Shown piece after piece: positions 16,080 through 25,456 of a DNA stretch of 44,925 nt (within the stretch, counting starts at the first letter, position 1; each line of letters starts with the position of its first letter). The notes under the pieces were generated by a model. The model had not been told where the DNA came from. It ran no database searches and was given only the letters and a program-made list of their open reading frames with translations. The DNA lies in IMG/VR virus record IMGVR_UViG_3300023267_000003, positions 1-44,925 of that record. One strand, 5' to 3'. The DNA is from a virus (Duplodnaviria > Caudoviricetes). The translations under genes were made by a program, and so were the position numbers.

Positions 16080-16212
16080 GAAAATGCCCTTTCGCTTAGA
16101 CAGCGACGGGGGCCTTGACAAAGCGAGGCGCCGGGAGTCTTTTCCGGCTGGAAGACCGCTCTCCTGCTTCCCCCGTCACCAACGGTTTGCAGGGGACACC
16201 TACGACGACTAG

Positions 16213-16240
16213 GAAAGCCCCGGTTCCCGCCGGGGCTTTC
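16213..16240. terminator. Intrinsic terminator-like hairpin
   Basis: GAAAGCCCCGG-ttcccg-CCGGGGCTTTC, followed by T-rich sequence. Confidence 0.7.
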
Positions 16241-16304
16241 ATCGTTTTCGATGTCCGCAACCTTCGTTCCTACGGCGCCGAGCGCCGCGAGTCCATGACG
16301 GTTA

Positions 16305-16625
16305 ATGGTGCCTGCACACAAAATCTGGCGCGTCAGACAAGATCCGGATGAGGTCGCCGCTGTTTGCGCCTCCGCACTAAGACAGGCTGAGGCGGACGAA
16401 TGGCAACCCATCGAAACGGCTCCGAGGGACGGAACGCCTATTCTGGCGTGCTGGAACGATGCCACCGACGCCCTGCTCGGCGCGATCTACTGGGAAGAGG
16501 CCAGCGACTATCGCGAAGAAGAGGGGTGGATTGAAAACGATCAGCCGGTAAAGGCCCCAACCCACTGGCGGCCCCTCCCCGATAAGCCCAAGACCCTAGA
16601 CACCAACACCGAAAACAAGCCATAG
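16305..16625 (+). CDS. DUF551-like protein
   Basis: WQPIETAPRDGT...PTHWRPLP. Confidence 0.75.
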   Translation: MVPAHKIWRVRQDPDEVAAVCASALRQAEADEWQPIETAPRDGTPILACWNDATDALLGAIYWEEASDYREEEGWIENDQPVKAPTHWRPLPDKPKTLDTNTENKP

Positions 16626-16652
16626 TTAGCCCGACGGCAAACAACCGAAAGC

Positions 16653-16937
16653 ATGGTTAGCTTAATGCCTAATGAGCCTAAAGTAGGCGTCAATACGGGT
16701 AACGCCGGGAAGGGCCGCCCAAAGGGGTCCGAGAACAAGACCACCAAGCTGCTCAAAGACGCCATCATGGGCGCATTCGAGCAAGCGGGCGGGGAAGCCT
16801 ACCTGCTGAACATAGCGCATGAAGACCCCAAGACGTTCGTTTCCCTGCTGGGCCGCGTGCTGCCCACCGAAATTGCCGGGAAGCTGGCCGTGACCCTCAC
16901 CCAAGAGGAAGCGCTAGACGAGCTTGATCCGCGATGA
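16653..16937 (+). CDS. terS: Terminase small subunit
   Basis: GKGRPKGSENKTT...GGEAYL...PKTFVSLLGRVLP; upstream of terL. Confidence 0.8.
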   Translation: MVSLMPNEPKVGVNTGNAGKGRPKGSENKTTKLLKDAIMGAFEQAGGEAYLLNIAHEDPKTFVSLLGRVLPTEIAGKLAVTLTQEEALDELDPR

Positions 16938-17164
16938 CCGAGTGGAATCCAATGCCAGCGCCGAGGGACCGTGGAGTTCTTCTTGCGCTTCCCGAAACTC
17001 CCGTACGTCCGGCCATGGTCGTGGAGGGCTGGTGGTGTATTCTGCACCCCGGCGCGACGGACGCCTATTGCTGGTGGCGAACGATAGGCGGGAATTTGCT
17101 TTCCGAAACACCTATAGCGTGGGCTGAGATGCCCGCCTATGGCGGGCCGGAAGGCATTGCTTGA
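16934..17164 (+). CDS. DUF551-like small protein between terS and terL
   Basis: WNPMPAPRD...PIAWAEMP. Confidence 0.6.
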   Translation: MTEWNPMPAPRDRGVLLALPETPVRPAMVVEGWWCILHPGATDAYCWWRTIGGNLLSETPIAWAEMPAYGGPEGIA

Positions 17165-18699
17165 CCCCAGCCATGTCCCAGCGCGAGCGGTCCGTAAGGC
17201 TCTTGCTCCGTGACGACCTCCCGACCTATGCCGAGCGCTGCCTTCGCATCCGAACCAAGGCTGGTCGCATCGAGCCGTTCGTATTCAACAGCGCCCAGCT
17301 TTACCTGCATGAGCGCCTAGAGGAACAGAGGGCCAAGACCGGCAAGGTCCGCGCCTTGGTGTTGAAGGGGCGACAACAGGGCATCAGCACCTACGTCTCT
17401 GCCCGGTTCTACCACCGCGCCACCCATCAACGCGGCATTCAGGTTTTCATCCTGACCCACGAACAGACCGCCACCGACAACCTGTTCGGCATGGTGGATC
17501 GCTACCACCAGAACAACAACCCACTCGTGAAGCCATCTACCGGCGCGGCCAACGCTAAAGAACTTTACTTCGATGGGCTCGATAGCGGCTACAGCGTAGG
17601 CACAGCCGGGTCCAAGGCTGTCGGGCGGTCAAAGACCATTCAACTGTTCCACGGCTCAGAGTGCGCTTTCTGGCCCCAAGCCGCGAGCCACTTCGCGGGG
17701 GTTGTCCAAGCCGTCCCCGACCTGCCCGGCACCGAAATCATCCTCGAATCCACCGCTAACGGAATAGGCGGAGAGTTCCACCAGCGCTGGCAGCAAGCTG
17801 AGAACGGCGAGGGTGACTATATCGCCATCTTCATCCCGTGGTTCTGGCAGCCTGAGTATCGCCGGGACGCAACCAACTTCCAGCCTACCGAGGAAGAACG
17901 CCAGTACGCTCACACCTACGGCCTCGACATGGGCCAGGTGGCATGGATGCGCGCCAAACGTCAGGAGCTGGGCGATCCGTTGCTGTTCAAACAGGAATAC
18001 CCGGCCAATGCGACCGAAGCTTTTATCGCCAGCGGAACGGCGCAGTTCATCGCCAGTGATCTAGCGGAGGAAGCCGCTAGGCGCGACCCTGAATGGCATC
18101 TAGGCGATCCGACTATCATCGGCGTTGACCCGGCGCGCTTCGGGGATGATGAGACAGCTATCGCGGTCAGGCGGGGCAGAGACGCCCGTACGCTGCCGTG
18201 GGAGTTCTACCAATCGCAGGACACCATGTTCATCTCGGAGAAGGCACAGGAGGCATACTACCGCCACAGCGCCGATGTGGTGTTTGTGGACGAGACCGGC
18301 GTGGGCGCTGGCGTGGTGGACCGCCTCAACCAAATGGGCGTCCCGTGCATCGGCGTGAACTTCGGAGCGAGCGCCAGCAAGATCATGCTGCCCAACGGCG
18401 ACTTGATCAAAGTGGCGAACAAAGCCGCAGAGATGTGGGCCAAGATGCGGAGCTGGCTGGTCAACGGCGCGATCCCCAACGACCGCAGCTTGGTCATGCA
18501 GCTTGTGAACCGCCAGTATGGCTATGACGCGGACAGCCGGATTGTGCTAGAGAAGAAGTCCGACATGAAGAAGCGGGGCGTGAAGTCACCGGACCGTGCC
18601 GATGCGCTGGCCCTGACCTTCGCCTTCCCCGTCCAGAAGAACCATGGCGTTGAGGACTTTGTTAGGCCCAAGCAGAAGAACAAAAGGACGGGATACTGA
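17161..18699 (+). CDS. terL: Terminase large subunit
   Basis: Walker A LKGRQQGIST, HGSE, ESTANG, nuclease GVDPAR...SPDRADAL. Confidence 0.96.
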   Translation: MTPAMSQRERSVRLLLRDDLPTYAERCLRIRTKAGRIEPFVFNSAQLYLHERLEEQRAKTGKVRALVLKGRQQGISTYVSARFYHRATHQRGIQVFILTHEQTATDNLFGMVDRYHQNNNPLVKPSTGAANAKELYFDGLDSGYSVGTAGSKAVGRSKTIQLFHGSECAFWPQAASHFAGVVQAVPDLPGTEIILESTANGIGGEFHQRWQQAENGEGDYIAIFIPWFWQPEYRRDATNFQPTEEERQYAHTYGLDMGQVAWMRAKRQELGDPLLFKQEYPANATEAFIASGTAQFIASDLAEEAARRDPEWHLGDPTIIGVDPARFGDDETAIAVRRGRDARTLPWEFYQSQDTMFISEKAQEAYYRHSADVVFVDETGVGAGVVDRLNQMGVPCIGVNFGASASKIMLPNGDLIKVANKAAEMWAKMRSWLVNGAIPNDRSLVMQLVNRQYGYDADSRIVLEKKSDMKKRGVKSPDRADALALTFAFPVQKNHGVEDFVRPKQKNKRTGY

Positions 18700-18702
18700 G
18701 CC

Positions 18703-18948
18703 ATGATCGATGAAGAGGACGACAAGTTTCCTGACCGGCTCGCCAAGCACCTAGAGAGCATGGGAGCGCATCCGAACGAGATTGATGCGCTGGCGGCATC
18801 CCGAAACTGCTGGGCGGTGCAGTGGGGTGACCACGACGAAGCCAAGTCGTGGTCTACGCGAGACTTCGACAGGGCTGTTCCAACTAAGCCAGGTGAGGGC
18901 ATTCCGGCTGCGATCGCCAAGGCAAAGAACAAAAGGACGGGGTATTGA
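18703..18948 (+). CDS. Inserted hypothetical ORF ending in the TerL C-terminal peptide KNKRTGY
   Basis: Flanked by 26-bp direct repeats. Confidence 0.65.
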   Translation: MIDEEDDKFPDRLAKHLESMGAHPNEIDALAASRNCWAVQWGDHDEAKSWSTRDFDRAVPTKPGEGIPAAIAKAKNKRTGY

Positions 18949-18950
18949 GC

Positions 18951-19166
18951 ATGGCCTTCAAGAAGCGGACCTGCCTCGATAAGTGGCGCATCAAGAAGCT
19001 GTCGGATGCGGAGTTTGTGTCTGAATGGACCGAGGGCGGAACGTGCTGGCACGCTGTCTATCCGGCGCATCGCACCCGCAAGGAGGCGGAGGCGCATATC
19101 GCGGCGCAATCCCGCTACAAGAGCCCCAACCGCCCCGACATGATAGACCGCAGCGCATATCGTTAG
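18951..19166 (+). CDS. Hypothetical protein
   Basis: ORF following the repeat. Confidence 0.55.
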   Translation: MAFKKRTCLDKWRIKKLSDAEFVSEWTEGGTCWHAVYPAHRTRKEAEAHIAAQSRYKSPNRPDMIDRSAYR

Positions 19167-19223
19167 CCCACCGCCTAACAACCGCCCTTGCAATCTCCAC
19201 CATTCCTAGGCATTAACTAGGAC

Positions 19224-21431
19224 ATGGCCCAAGAGCGCATCGCGTCCCTCGTTCGCGACCTACCCGAGCCGGAAATGACCCTGCTCGAACAGGGCCTTGA
19301 ACAGCTTCGTGAGCCCGTGTCAGACGATGAGGGCGTGACCACTGTCGAGGTTGGCGGCCCCGGCTACCTTGATCTGCTGGCCCGTGGGGACGCTACCGGA
19401 AGCCCGATCAACGTAGCGGACTACCTGACCGACAAGGTGTTGAGCGAGCTATCGCAGTTCTGCATCGAAGGCTACCAGCGCGACAAGTCCAGCCGGTCGG
19501 GTTGGGAGTCCGAATTCGACGCCGCGATGGAAATGCTGCGCCAAGAGAGCGTGGACAAGACGTTCCCGTTCGACGGCTGCGCTAACGTCCAGTATCCGCT
19601 CCTGACCACGGCTTGCCTTCAGTTCAACGCCCGAGCTGGCCCCGCCATCATGAACGGCCCGGACATCGTTAAGGCCAAGATCAGTGGTGATGATCCTCAA
19701 GGGCTAAAAGCAGCGCAAGGTGACCGCGTATCGGAGCATATGTCCTTCCAGTTGATGGAAGAGATGCCCGAATGGCAGGACGACACGGACGCACTGCTTC
19801 TCCACCTTCCCGCCGCTGGCATGGCGTTCCGGCAGGTAACTTGGGACGCACCGCACGCTAGGCCCAAGTCGGAGTTCATCAGCGCAAAGAACCTGATCGT
19901 TAACCAGTCCTGCCAAGACCTCGAAACGGTCCCGCTGTTTACGAAGGTCTTCACCCGCTATCCCCACCAGATCGTGCAGATGCAGCGCGAGGGGAAGTGG
20001 ACGACGCCGAAGAACCAAATCCAATGGGACGGCGAGGACGAAGAACAGCCCCAGGACATGCTTGAGTGTCACGTCCGGTTCGATCTGGACGATGACGGAT
20101 ACGCCGAGCCCTACGTCGTCACGATCCACAAGACCTCGCAGGAGGTGCTTTGCATCGTCGCGGGCTTCTGGCCCGACGACATCATGCGCAACGCTCGTGG
20201 TGAGGTCACCTGCGTCTATCGCAAGCTTCTGATTCAGGAATACCGGTTCTTCCCGGACCCAGAGGGCGGGTTCTACGGGCTAGGCTTCGGTCGTCTGCTG
20301 GCGGCCCATAACGACATCATCAACACCATCATCAACCAGCTACTCGACGCGGCGACCCTGCAAAACGCGGGTGGCGGGTTCATCGGCAATGGTGTGCGGC
20401 TGAACGGCGGACGGCTTGAGCAAGAGCCCGGTCTGTGGCGGATGATCAATGACACGGGACAGAGCCTCAAGGACAACATCGTCCCCATGCCCGTCCCGAA
20501 CCCGTCAGCGGCCATGTTCAACCTGCTGGGCCTGATGATTGAGTCCGGCAAGGAAGTGGCGGGCATCAAGGATGTGCTGAGCGGAGAGGCCCCGGCCAAT
20601 CAACCGGCGACGACCACGCTGGCGCTGATCGAACAGGGCCTTACCAACTTCACGGCGGTGACCAAGCGCGTGTTCCGCTCGCTCAAGGGCGAGTTTGACA
20701 TCGTGTTCGACCTCAACGCGGCGTTCCTCACGCAAGAGGCCTATCAAGCCGTTGTGGACGATCCGAAGGCCGATGTTCGACAGGATTACAGCCGCGAGAA
20801 CATGGACATCCGTCCGGTTGCCGATCCGTCCAGCACTACGGCTCCGCAACGTCTCGGCAAGGCGCAGTTCCTGTGGGCGACGTTCAACGGCGACCCGATG
20901 ATTGACCAGCTCGAGCTTCGCAAGCGCGTTCTGACGGCGGGTCATATCGAGGACATCGAAGACCTGATGGCCAAGCCCGATCCGACCAAGGAGAAGATGG
21001 GTCAAGAAGCGGCGGCCATGGAAATGACCAAGCTGCACGAGGATATCCTGAATACGCAGGCCGATACCAGGCTCAAGGAAGCGCAGGCCGCGAAGGCTGC
21101 TGCTGATGCGGGCAAGGTTGGGGCGGAAGCCGACAAGACCAAAGTAGAAACCGAGCCCACCAAGCGGGCTCTCGCAATCGAGGATGCAGAGATTGACCAC
21201 GCCCACGCAAGAGCTGTCTCAGGAGGCATGGGAGGCATGGAGGGCGCACCCGGTGACGGAGCGGGTGCTGAAGGTGCTGGCGGCCCACTCGGACCGACTG
21301 GAAGCGCAATGGAAGGACTCGGTATGGGCGGGGTCGGACCCCAGCCTTCCGGCGATGCAGCGCAACCGGGAGGGCTCGCTGGCGATGCGGGACCTGTCCA
21401 ACCTGACGCTGGAAACCTTCCTCAAGTTTGA
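19224..21431 (+). CDS. Portal protein
   Basis: 735 aa after terL; KTFPFDGCANV..PLL, GFYGLG, NQLLDAATLQN, PATTTLALIEQG. Confidence 0.9.
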   Translation: MAQERIASLVRDLPEPEMTLLEQGLEQLREPVSDDEGVTTVEVGGPGYLDLLARGDATGSPINVADYLTDKVLSELSQFCIEGYQRDKSSRSGWESEFDAAMEMLRQESVDKTFPFDGCANVQYPLLTTACLQFNARAGPAIMNGPDIVKAKISGDDPQGLKAAQGDRVSEHMSFQLMEEMPEWQDDTDALLLHLPAAGMAFRQVTWDAPHARPKSEFISAKNLIVNQSCQDLETVPLFTKVFTRYPHQIVQMQREGKWTTPKNQIQWDGEDEEQPQDMLECHVRFDLDDDGYAEPYVVTIHKTSQEVLCIVAGFWPDDIMRNARGEVTCVYRKLLIQEYRFFPDPEGGFYGLGFGRLLAAHNDIINTIINQLLDAATLQNAGGGFIGNGVRLNGGRLEQEPGLWRMINDTGQSLKDNIVPMPVPNPSAAMFNLLGLMIESGKEVAGIKDVLSGEAPANQPATTTLALIEQGLTNFTAVTKRVFRSLKGEFDIVFDLNAAFLTQEAYQAVVDDPKADVRQDYSRENMDIRPVADPSSTTAPQRLGKAQFLWATFNGDPMIDQLELRKRVLTAGHIEDIEDLMAKPDPTKEKMGQEAAAMEMTKLHEDILNTQADTRLKEAQAAKAAADAGKVGAEADKTKVETEPTKRALAIEDAEIDHAHARAVSGGMGGMEGAPGDGAGAEGAGGPLGPTGSAMEGLGMGGVGPQPSGDAAQPGGLAGDAGPVQPDAGNLPQV

Positions 21432-21450
21432 GCAGACCGATGACCGCTGA
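21184..21450 (+). CDS. Small head-module protein overlapping the portal C-terminus
   Basis: WEAWRAHPVT motif; amphipathic helical content; overlaps the start of the next gene. Confidence 0.6.
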   Translation: MQRLTTPTQELSQEAWEAWRAHPVTERVLKVLAAHSDRLEAQWKDSVWAGSDPSLPAMQRNREGSLAMRDLSNLTLETFLKFEQTDDR

Positions 21451-21667
21451 AATCGTCACGCTGGGTAAAGAGGTTGTCGGCGGCGGATGGACGCTCAATC
21501 CCGACAAGGTGCTTGAGTCCGCCAAGGGCAAGCTGACCCACTGCATTGTCATCGGATACGACGAGCACGGCGAGCTTTACACAGCCGCCACGCATGATGC
21601 GAACCAGACCGTATTCATGCTCGAACAAGCGAAGGTCTGGCTAGTCAGAGGTTGCCCCGCAGAATGA
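21440..21667 (+). CDS. Hypothetical protein
   Basis: ORF coupled to groES. Confidence 0.6.
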   Translation: MTAEIVTLGKEVVGGGWTLNPDKVLESAKGKLTHCIVIGYDEHGELYTAATHDANQTVFMLEQAKVWLVRGCPAE

Positions 21668-22119
21668 CCCAAGCATCACCCAAAAAGCCCCCCATTTTCA
21701 TCCCCATGACGCCGGTAAAGCTTACCGAGCCGCTTCCGGGCAACGCCCTGTCGGCGGACATCGTAAGCACCATCCGCGCCGCTGACGCAGCCGCACAGAA
21801 CCAGCTCAACACGTCCGGCATCCGCCCCGTGGACAAGAACGTGCTTGTTCGCATGGACCCGGTGAAGACCAAGACGGACGGCGGCGTTCTTCTCCCCGAG
21901 GAACATGCCGACCGCGCAGCCCAACGCGACATCGAGGTTACCTTTGTCGAGGCTGGCGCACGCTGCTTCTACGATTGGGGCGATGCTCCCGTACCGACGC
22001 CGGGCCAGCGCGTGCTGATCAGCCGTCACGCCGGGATGGAAACCAAGGGCCGCGATGCGCTGACCTACCGCGTGCTTTCGGATGAAGACGTTCGAGCAGT
22101 TATCGAGGAACAAGCATGA
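21664..22119 (+). CDS. groES: GroES-like co-chaperonin
   Basis: IRPVDKNVLV...KTDGGVLLP...GQRVLISRHAG...YRVLSDEDVRAVI. Confidence 0.85.
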   Translation: MTQASPKKPPIFIPMTPVKLTEPLPGNALSADIVSTIRAADAAAQNQLNTSGIRPVDKNVLVRMDPVKTKTDGGVLLPEEHADRAAQRDIEVTFVEAGARCFYDWGDAPVPTPGQRVLISRHAGMETKGRDALTYRVLSDEDVRAVIEEQA

Positions 22120-22937
22120 CCGACGATACCACCGATCACGCCGCGCTAGTCGCGGACATCAACGCCAACGACGCTGGTGGTCCCGAAGCCGATCCGCACG
22201 AGGCTGAAGCCCGTTCGCATGGCTGGATGAGCCCCGAAGAGCGCGAAGCCGACCCGAAATACAAGGGCAAGCCCCACCGCACCGCCAAGGAGTTCCTTGA
22301 CGTGATGCAGGAGTCCGGCCCGGTCCTGCGTGAGCGCCTGAAGAAGACCCAGGAACGCCTTGAGCGTGTGGAGCGCGCCTCGCAAGAGGGCATCCGCCGC
22401 ATGGAGGAACGGGTCCGCGCTGAGGTTCAGGCTGAATACAAGGCCAAGATTCGCGAGGCCACGCTTGAGGGCAACACCATCGAGGTTGAGCGCCTTGTGG
22501 ATGAGCGGGACAAGGCCATTGCGCCCCAACCGAACGGCAGCGCCCCGCCCGAGGTTGAGTCGTGGGTCAAGGATAACGCTTGGTTCGAATCCGACCCTGA
22601 CATGCGCCTTGAAGCCATTGGCGTGCACAACCGCATCATCCGAAACAGCCCGGCGATGAGCCTGACCGATCAGCTCGGCAAGGTGCGCGATGAGATGCAG
22701 AAGCGCTACCCCAAGGAATTCGGCGTCGCCGACAAGCCCAAGCCTGCCGCTACCCAACTTTCGGACGGCGCGCGTCTGGCCCCCCGCAAGACCGGCCTTG
22801 GTGACAAGCTGGACGCCGTAGAGCGCAAGGAGGCCGACTGGATGATCAAGGAAGGCCTCTACAAGAACTATGACGACTACGCCGCCGCCGCCCACCGCGA
22901 AGGCCCGACCAAGATAGAGACGGGGAAATCAGCATGA
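22116..22937 (+). CDS. Putative scaffolding protein
   Basis: EARSHGW, coiled coil, WVKDNAWF; position before the capsid genes. Confidence 0.7.
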   Translation: MTDDTTDHAALVADINANDAGGPEADPHEAEARSHGWMSPEEREADPKYKGKPHRTAKEFLDVMQESGPVLRERLKKTQERLERVERASQEGIRRMEERVRAEVQAEYKAKIREATLEGNTIEVERLVDERDKAIAPQPNGSAPPEVESWVKDNAWFESDPDMRLEAIGVHNRIIRNSPAMSLTDQLGKVRDEMQKRYPKEFGVADKPKPAATQLSDGARLAPRKTGLGDKLDAVERKEADWMIKEGLYKNYDDYAAAAHREGPTKIETGKSA

Positions 22938-23410
22938 CCGACATTCAACCCGAGCGCCGTGGTCCGGGCCGCCCGCCCAACCCCAAGCCCGCCGCTGATC
23001 TTCCCGTCCGCCGCCGCAACAAAGCCTTTGATCATTCAGGCGTCTTGAAGCTTGGCGTAGATGAGAGTAAGAAAGACCCCAAGTATGACTACCGCTGGGT
23101 TCGGGAAGGCGACAATTCCGCCCGACTGGCCCAACTACACGCTGAGGATTGGGACCAGTGTTCCGAGGCCGAATTTGGCCACTCCGTAAAGCGCGCGGTA
23201 GGCACCCAAAAGAATGGACAGCCCGAATACGCCTATCTTTGCAAGAAGCGCAAAGAGTTCGTGGATGAGGACAGGCGCGAAAAGCATTCTCGGTCCCAAG
23301 AGCGGATGAACGCTTTGCGACGGGGTGATACGGGCAAGTCTGACGCTCTCAAAGTGGGCGACAAGGCCAACACCTACATTCCCGACGAAGGCATCTCCAT
23401 TTCGGACTGA
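22934..23410 (+). CDS. Conserved head-module hypothetical protein
   Basis: YDYRWVR...AYLCK pattern. Confidence 0.7.
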   Translation: MTDIQPERRGPGRPPNPKPAADLPVRRRNKAFDHSGVLKLGVDESKKDPKYDYRWVREGDNSARLAQLHAEDWDQCSEAEFGHSVKRAVGTQKNGQPEYAYLCKKRKEFVDEDRREKHSRSQERMNALRRGDTGKSDALKVGDKANTYIPDEGISISD

Positions 23411-23441
23411 GGTTCACCCTCAACCCTGAACGGAGGCTGTC

Positions 23442-24020
23442 ATGGCCAACGGTAACGCTGCACGCGGGCTAATCCCCCTGCGGCACAAGAACGGAGCGCC
23501 CTACAACGGGGCGTGCACGCTCTATTACATCGGGACCGGTGACGCCAATAACATCTTCGTTGGTGATCCGGTCATTGTCTCTGGCTCTGGCGACGCTAAC
23601 GGCGTTCCCGGTGTCATTCTCGCGACCGCCGGTGCGACCAACTACATCACCGGCGCTGTCGTCGGCGTTCCCAAGCTGGCGTCCAACGACCTGTTCACCA
23701 ACTACCGGGCGGGTGGCACGGCAGCTTACCTGCTGGTGGCTGATGACCCGGACCTGGTGTTCGAGATTCAGGAAGACGGTCTTGGCGCTCCACTCGCCGT
23801 CACCGACATCTCGGAAAACGCCGACCTGATCGCCGCAGCCGGGAGCACCTACACGGGCGCTTCGGGTTGGATGCTGGATTCGTCCACGCACGGCACCGGC
23901 GCGACCAAGCAGCTTCGCATTCTCGGGCTTGAACAGCGCCCGGACAATGCGATTGGCGCCTACGGCAAGTGGCTGGTTGAAATCAACCTGCACAGCCAAC
24001 GCAACGCGACGGGGGTTTAA
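23442..24020 (+). CDS. Capsid stabilizing/decoration protein
   Basis: MANGNAARGLIP...IFVGDPV...DDPDLVFEIQ; directly upstream of the MCP. Confidence 0.7.
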   Translation: MANGNAARGLIPLRHKNGAPYNGACTLYYIGTGDANNIFVGDPVIVSGSGDANGVPGVILATAGATNYITGAVVGVPKLASNDLFTNYRAGGTAAYLLVADDPDLVFEIQEDGLGAPLAVTDISENADLIAAAGSTYTGASGWMLDSSTHGTGATKQLRILGLEQRPDNAIGAYGKWLVEINLHSQRNATGV

Positions 24021-24023
24021 CCG

Positions 24024-24926
24024 ATGGCTATTGAATCTCGTGGTTCTCTCCCCCGCGCACTTTGGCCCGGCGTTGAGGCTTGGTTTGGCACTGACTACCG
24101 TGACCAGCCGCGCTACGCCGAACGCACCTTCGAAGTCCAGTCCTCGGATATGGCGTTCGAAGACGACGTTGAAATCGTCGGCATGGGCCTCGCCCACGTC
24201 AAGTCGGAAGGCAATTCGACCGACTACGATTCCATCACGCAGGGCTATACCTCGCGCTACACCCACGTTTCCTACGGTCTTGGCTACATCGTCACCCGCG
24301 AGGAGTTTGACGACAACCAATACAAGAAGGTTGCGCGGGCTCGCACGCGGGCTCTGGCCCGTTCGTTCATGGCGGCGAAAGAAACCGTCGGCGCGAACGT
24401 GTTCAACAACGGCTTCTCCACCATCGGCGGCGACGGCGTGGCCTATCTCTCGGCCTCCCACCCGACCCGCTCTGGCCTGCAATCGAACATCCTCGCGACC
24501 CCGGCTGATTTCTCTGAAGCCTCGGTTGAGGACATGTTCAAGCTGCTGGCCCAAGCCAAGGACTCGGCGGGCATCCCGATCATGCCGCGCGCTGCAAAGC
24601 TCGTGGTCGGAACGGACAACATGTTCGAAGTCGAGCGTCTTTACGCCTCGATGGGTCGCGTCGGCACCGCCGATAACGACACGAACGCCGTCCGCTCCAT
24701 GGGCATCCTGCCGGATCGGGTCATCGTCAACCCCTACCTGACGGACCAGGACGCCTGGTTCATCGTCACTGACGTGCCGGACGGCATCAAGATGTTTAAC
24801 CGCACCTCGATGGAAATCCGCCGCGACAGCGACTTCGACACGCTCAACCTGAAGGTCGCTGGCTTCGAAAGATACAGCTTTGGCGTCAGCGACTTCAGGG
24901 GTTTGTACGGCACTCCGGGGGCCTAG
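24024..24926 (+). CDS. Major capsid protein (Mu gpT-like)
   Basis: ALWPGVEAWFG...KSEG...NPYLTDQDAWF...ERYSFGVSDFRGLYGTPGA. Confidence 0.9.
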   Translation: MAIESRGSLPRALWPGVEAWFGTDYRDQPRYAERTFEVQSSDMAFEDDVEIVGMGLAHVKSEGNSTDYDSITQGYTSRYTHVSYGLGYIVTREEFDDNQYKKVARARTRALARSFMAAKETVGANVFNNGFSTIGGDGVAYLSASHPTRSGLQSNILATPADFSEASVEDMFKLLAQAKDSAGIPIMPRAAKLVVGTDNMFEVERLYASMGRVGTADNDTNAVRSMGILPDRVIVNPYLTDQDAWFIVTDVPDGIKMFNRTSMEIRRDSDFDTLNLKVAGFERYSFGVSDFRGLYGTPGA

Positions 24927-25050
24927 GCTATTGAATTAGCAAGGCTTTTGGTTTTCCGAAGGATACGGCTCGCGCGGTGGCCGACTACTCACCGCGCACC
25001 CTTTTTCCGGGACGGCTCAGCATTAGCCAAGTCCCCCAACGGAGGCCATC

Positions 25051-25452
25051 ATGGCTGCTACTCATTTCACCGGACCCGTCTATTCCACCAACGGCTTCAT
25101 TAGCGGCCCGGCTTCTGGCCCCGCTGCTGGTGCTTACGACCTCATCGGCGCACAGACCGGCATCACGTCCGGCACCACGCAGACGCAGGCGGGCGCTACG
25201 GCTGTTCTCGGCCCCATCGTCAACGTCTCGACCAACGCCAACGCGGGCGACGGCATCCGGCTTCCCCCCGCGCTCAAGGGCCGTGTGATCTACGTCGCCA
25301 ACCCGACGGCCAACGCTGTTCAGGTCTATGGCGCTGGCACAGACACCATCAACGCGGTTGCGACGGCTACGGGCGTCTCTCAGGCGACGCTCAAGCACGC
25401 GTGCTACTTCTGCGCCGTTGACGGCAACTGGAATCGGATTCTTTCGGCTTAA
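25051..25452 (+). CDS. Virion/head accessory protein
   Basis: MAATHFTGPV N-terminus; GGAGG SD; Gly/Ala/Thr-rich. Confidence 0.7.
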   Translation: MAATHFTGPVYSTNGFISGPASGPAAGAYDLIGAQTGITSGTTQTQAGATAVLGPIVNVSTNANAGDGIRLPPALKGRVIYVANPTANAVQVYGAGTDTINAVATATGVSQATLKHACYFCAVDGNWNRILSA

Positions 25453-25456
25453 TCCG

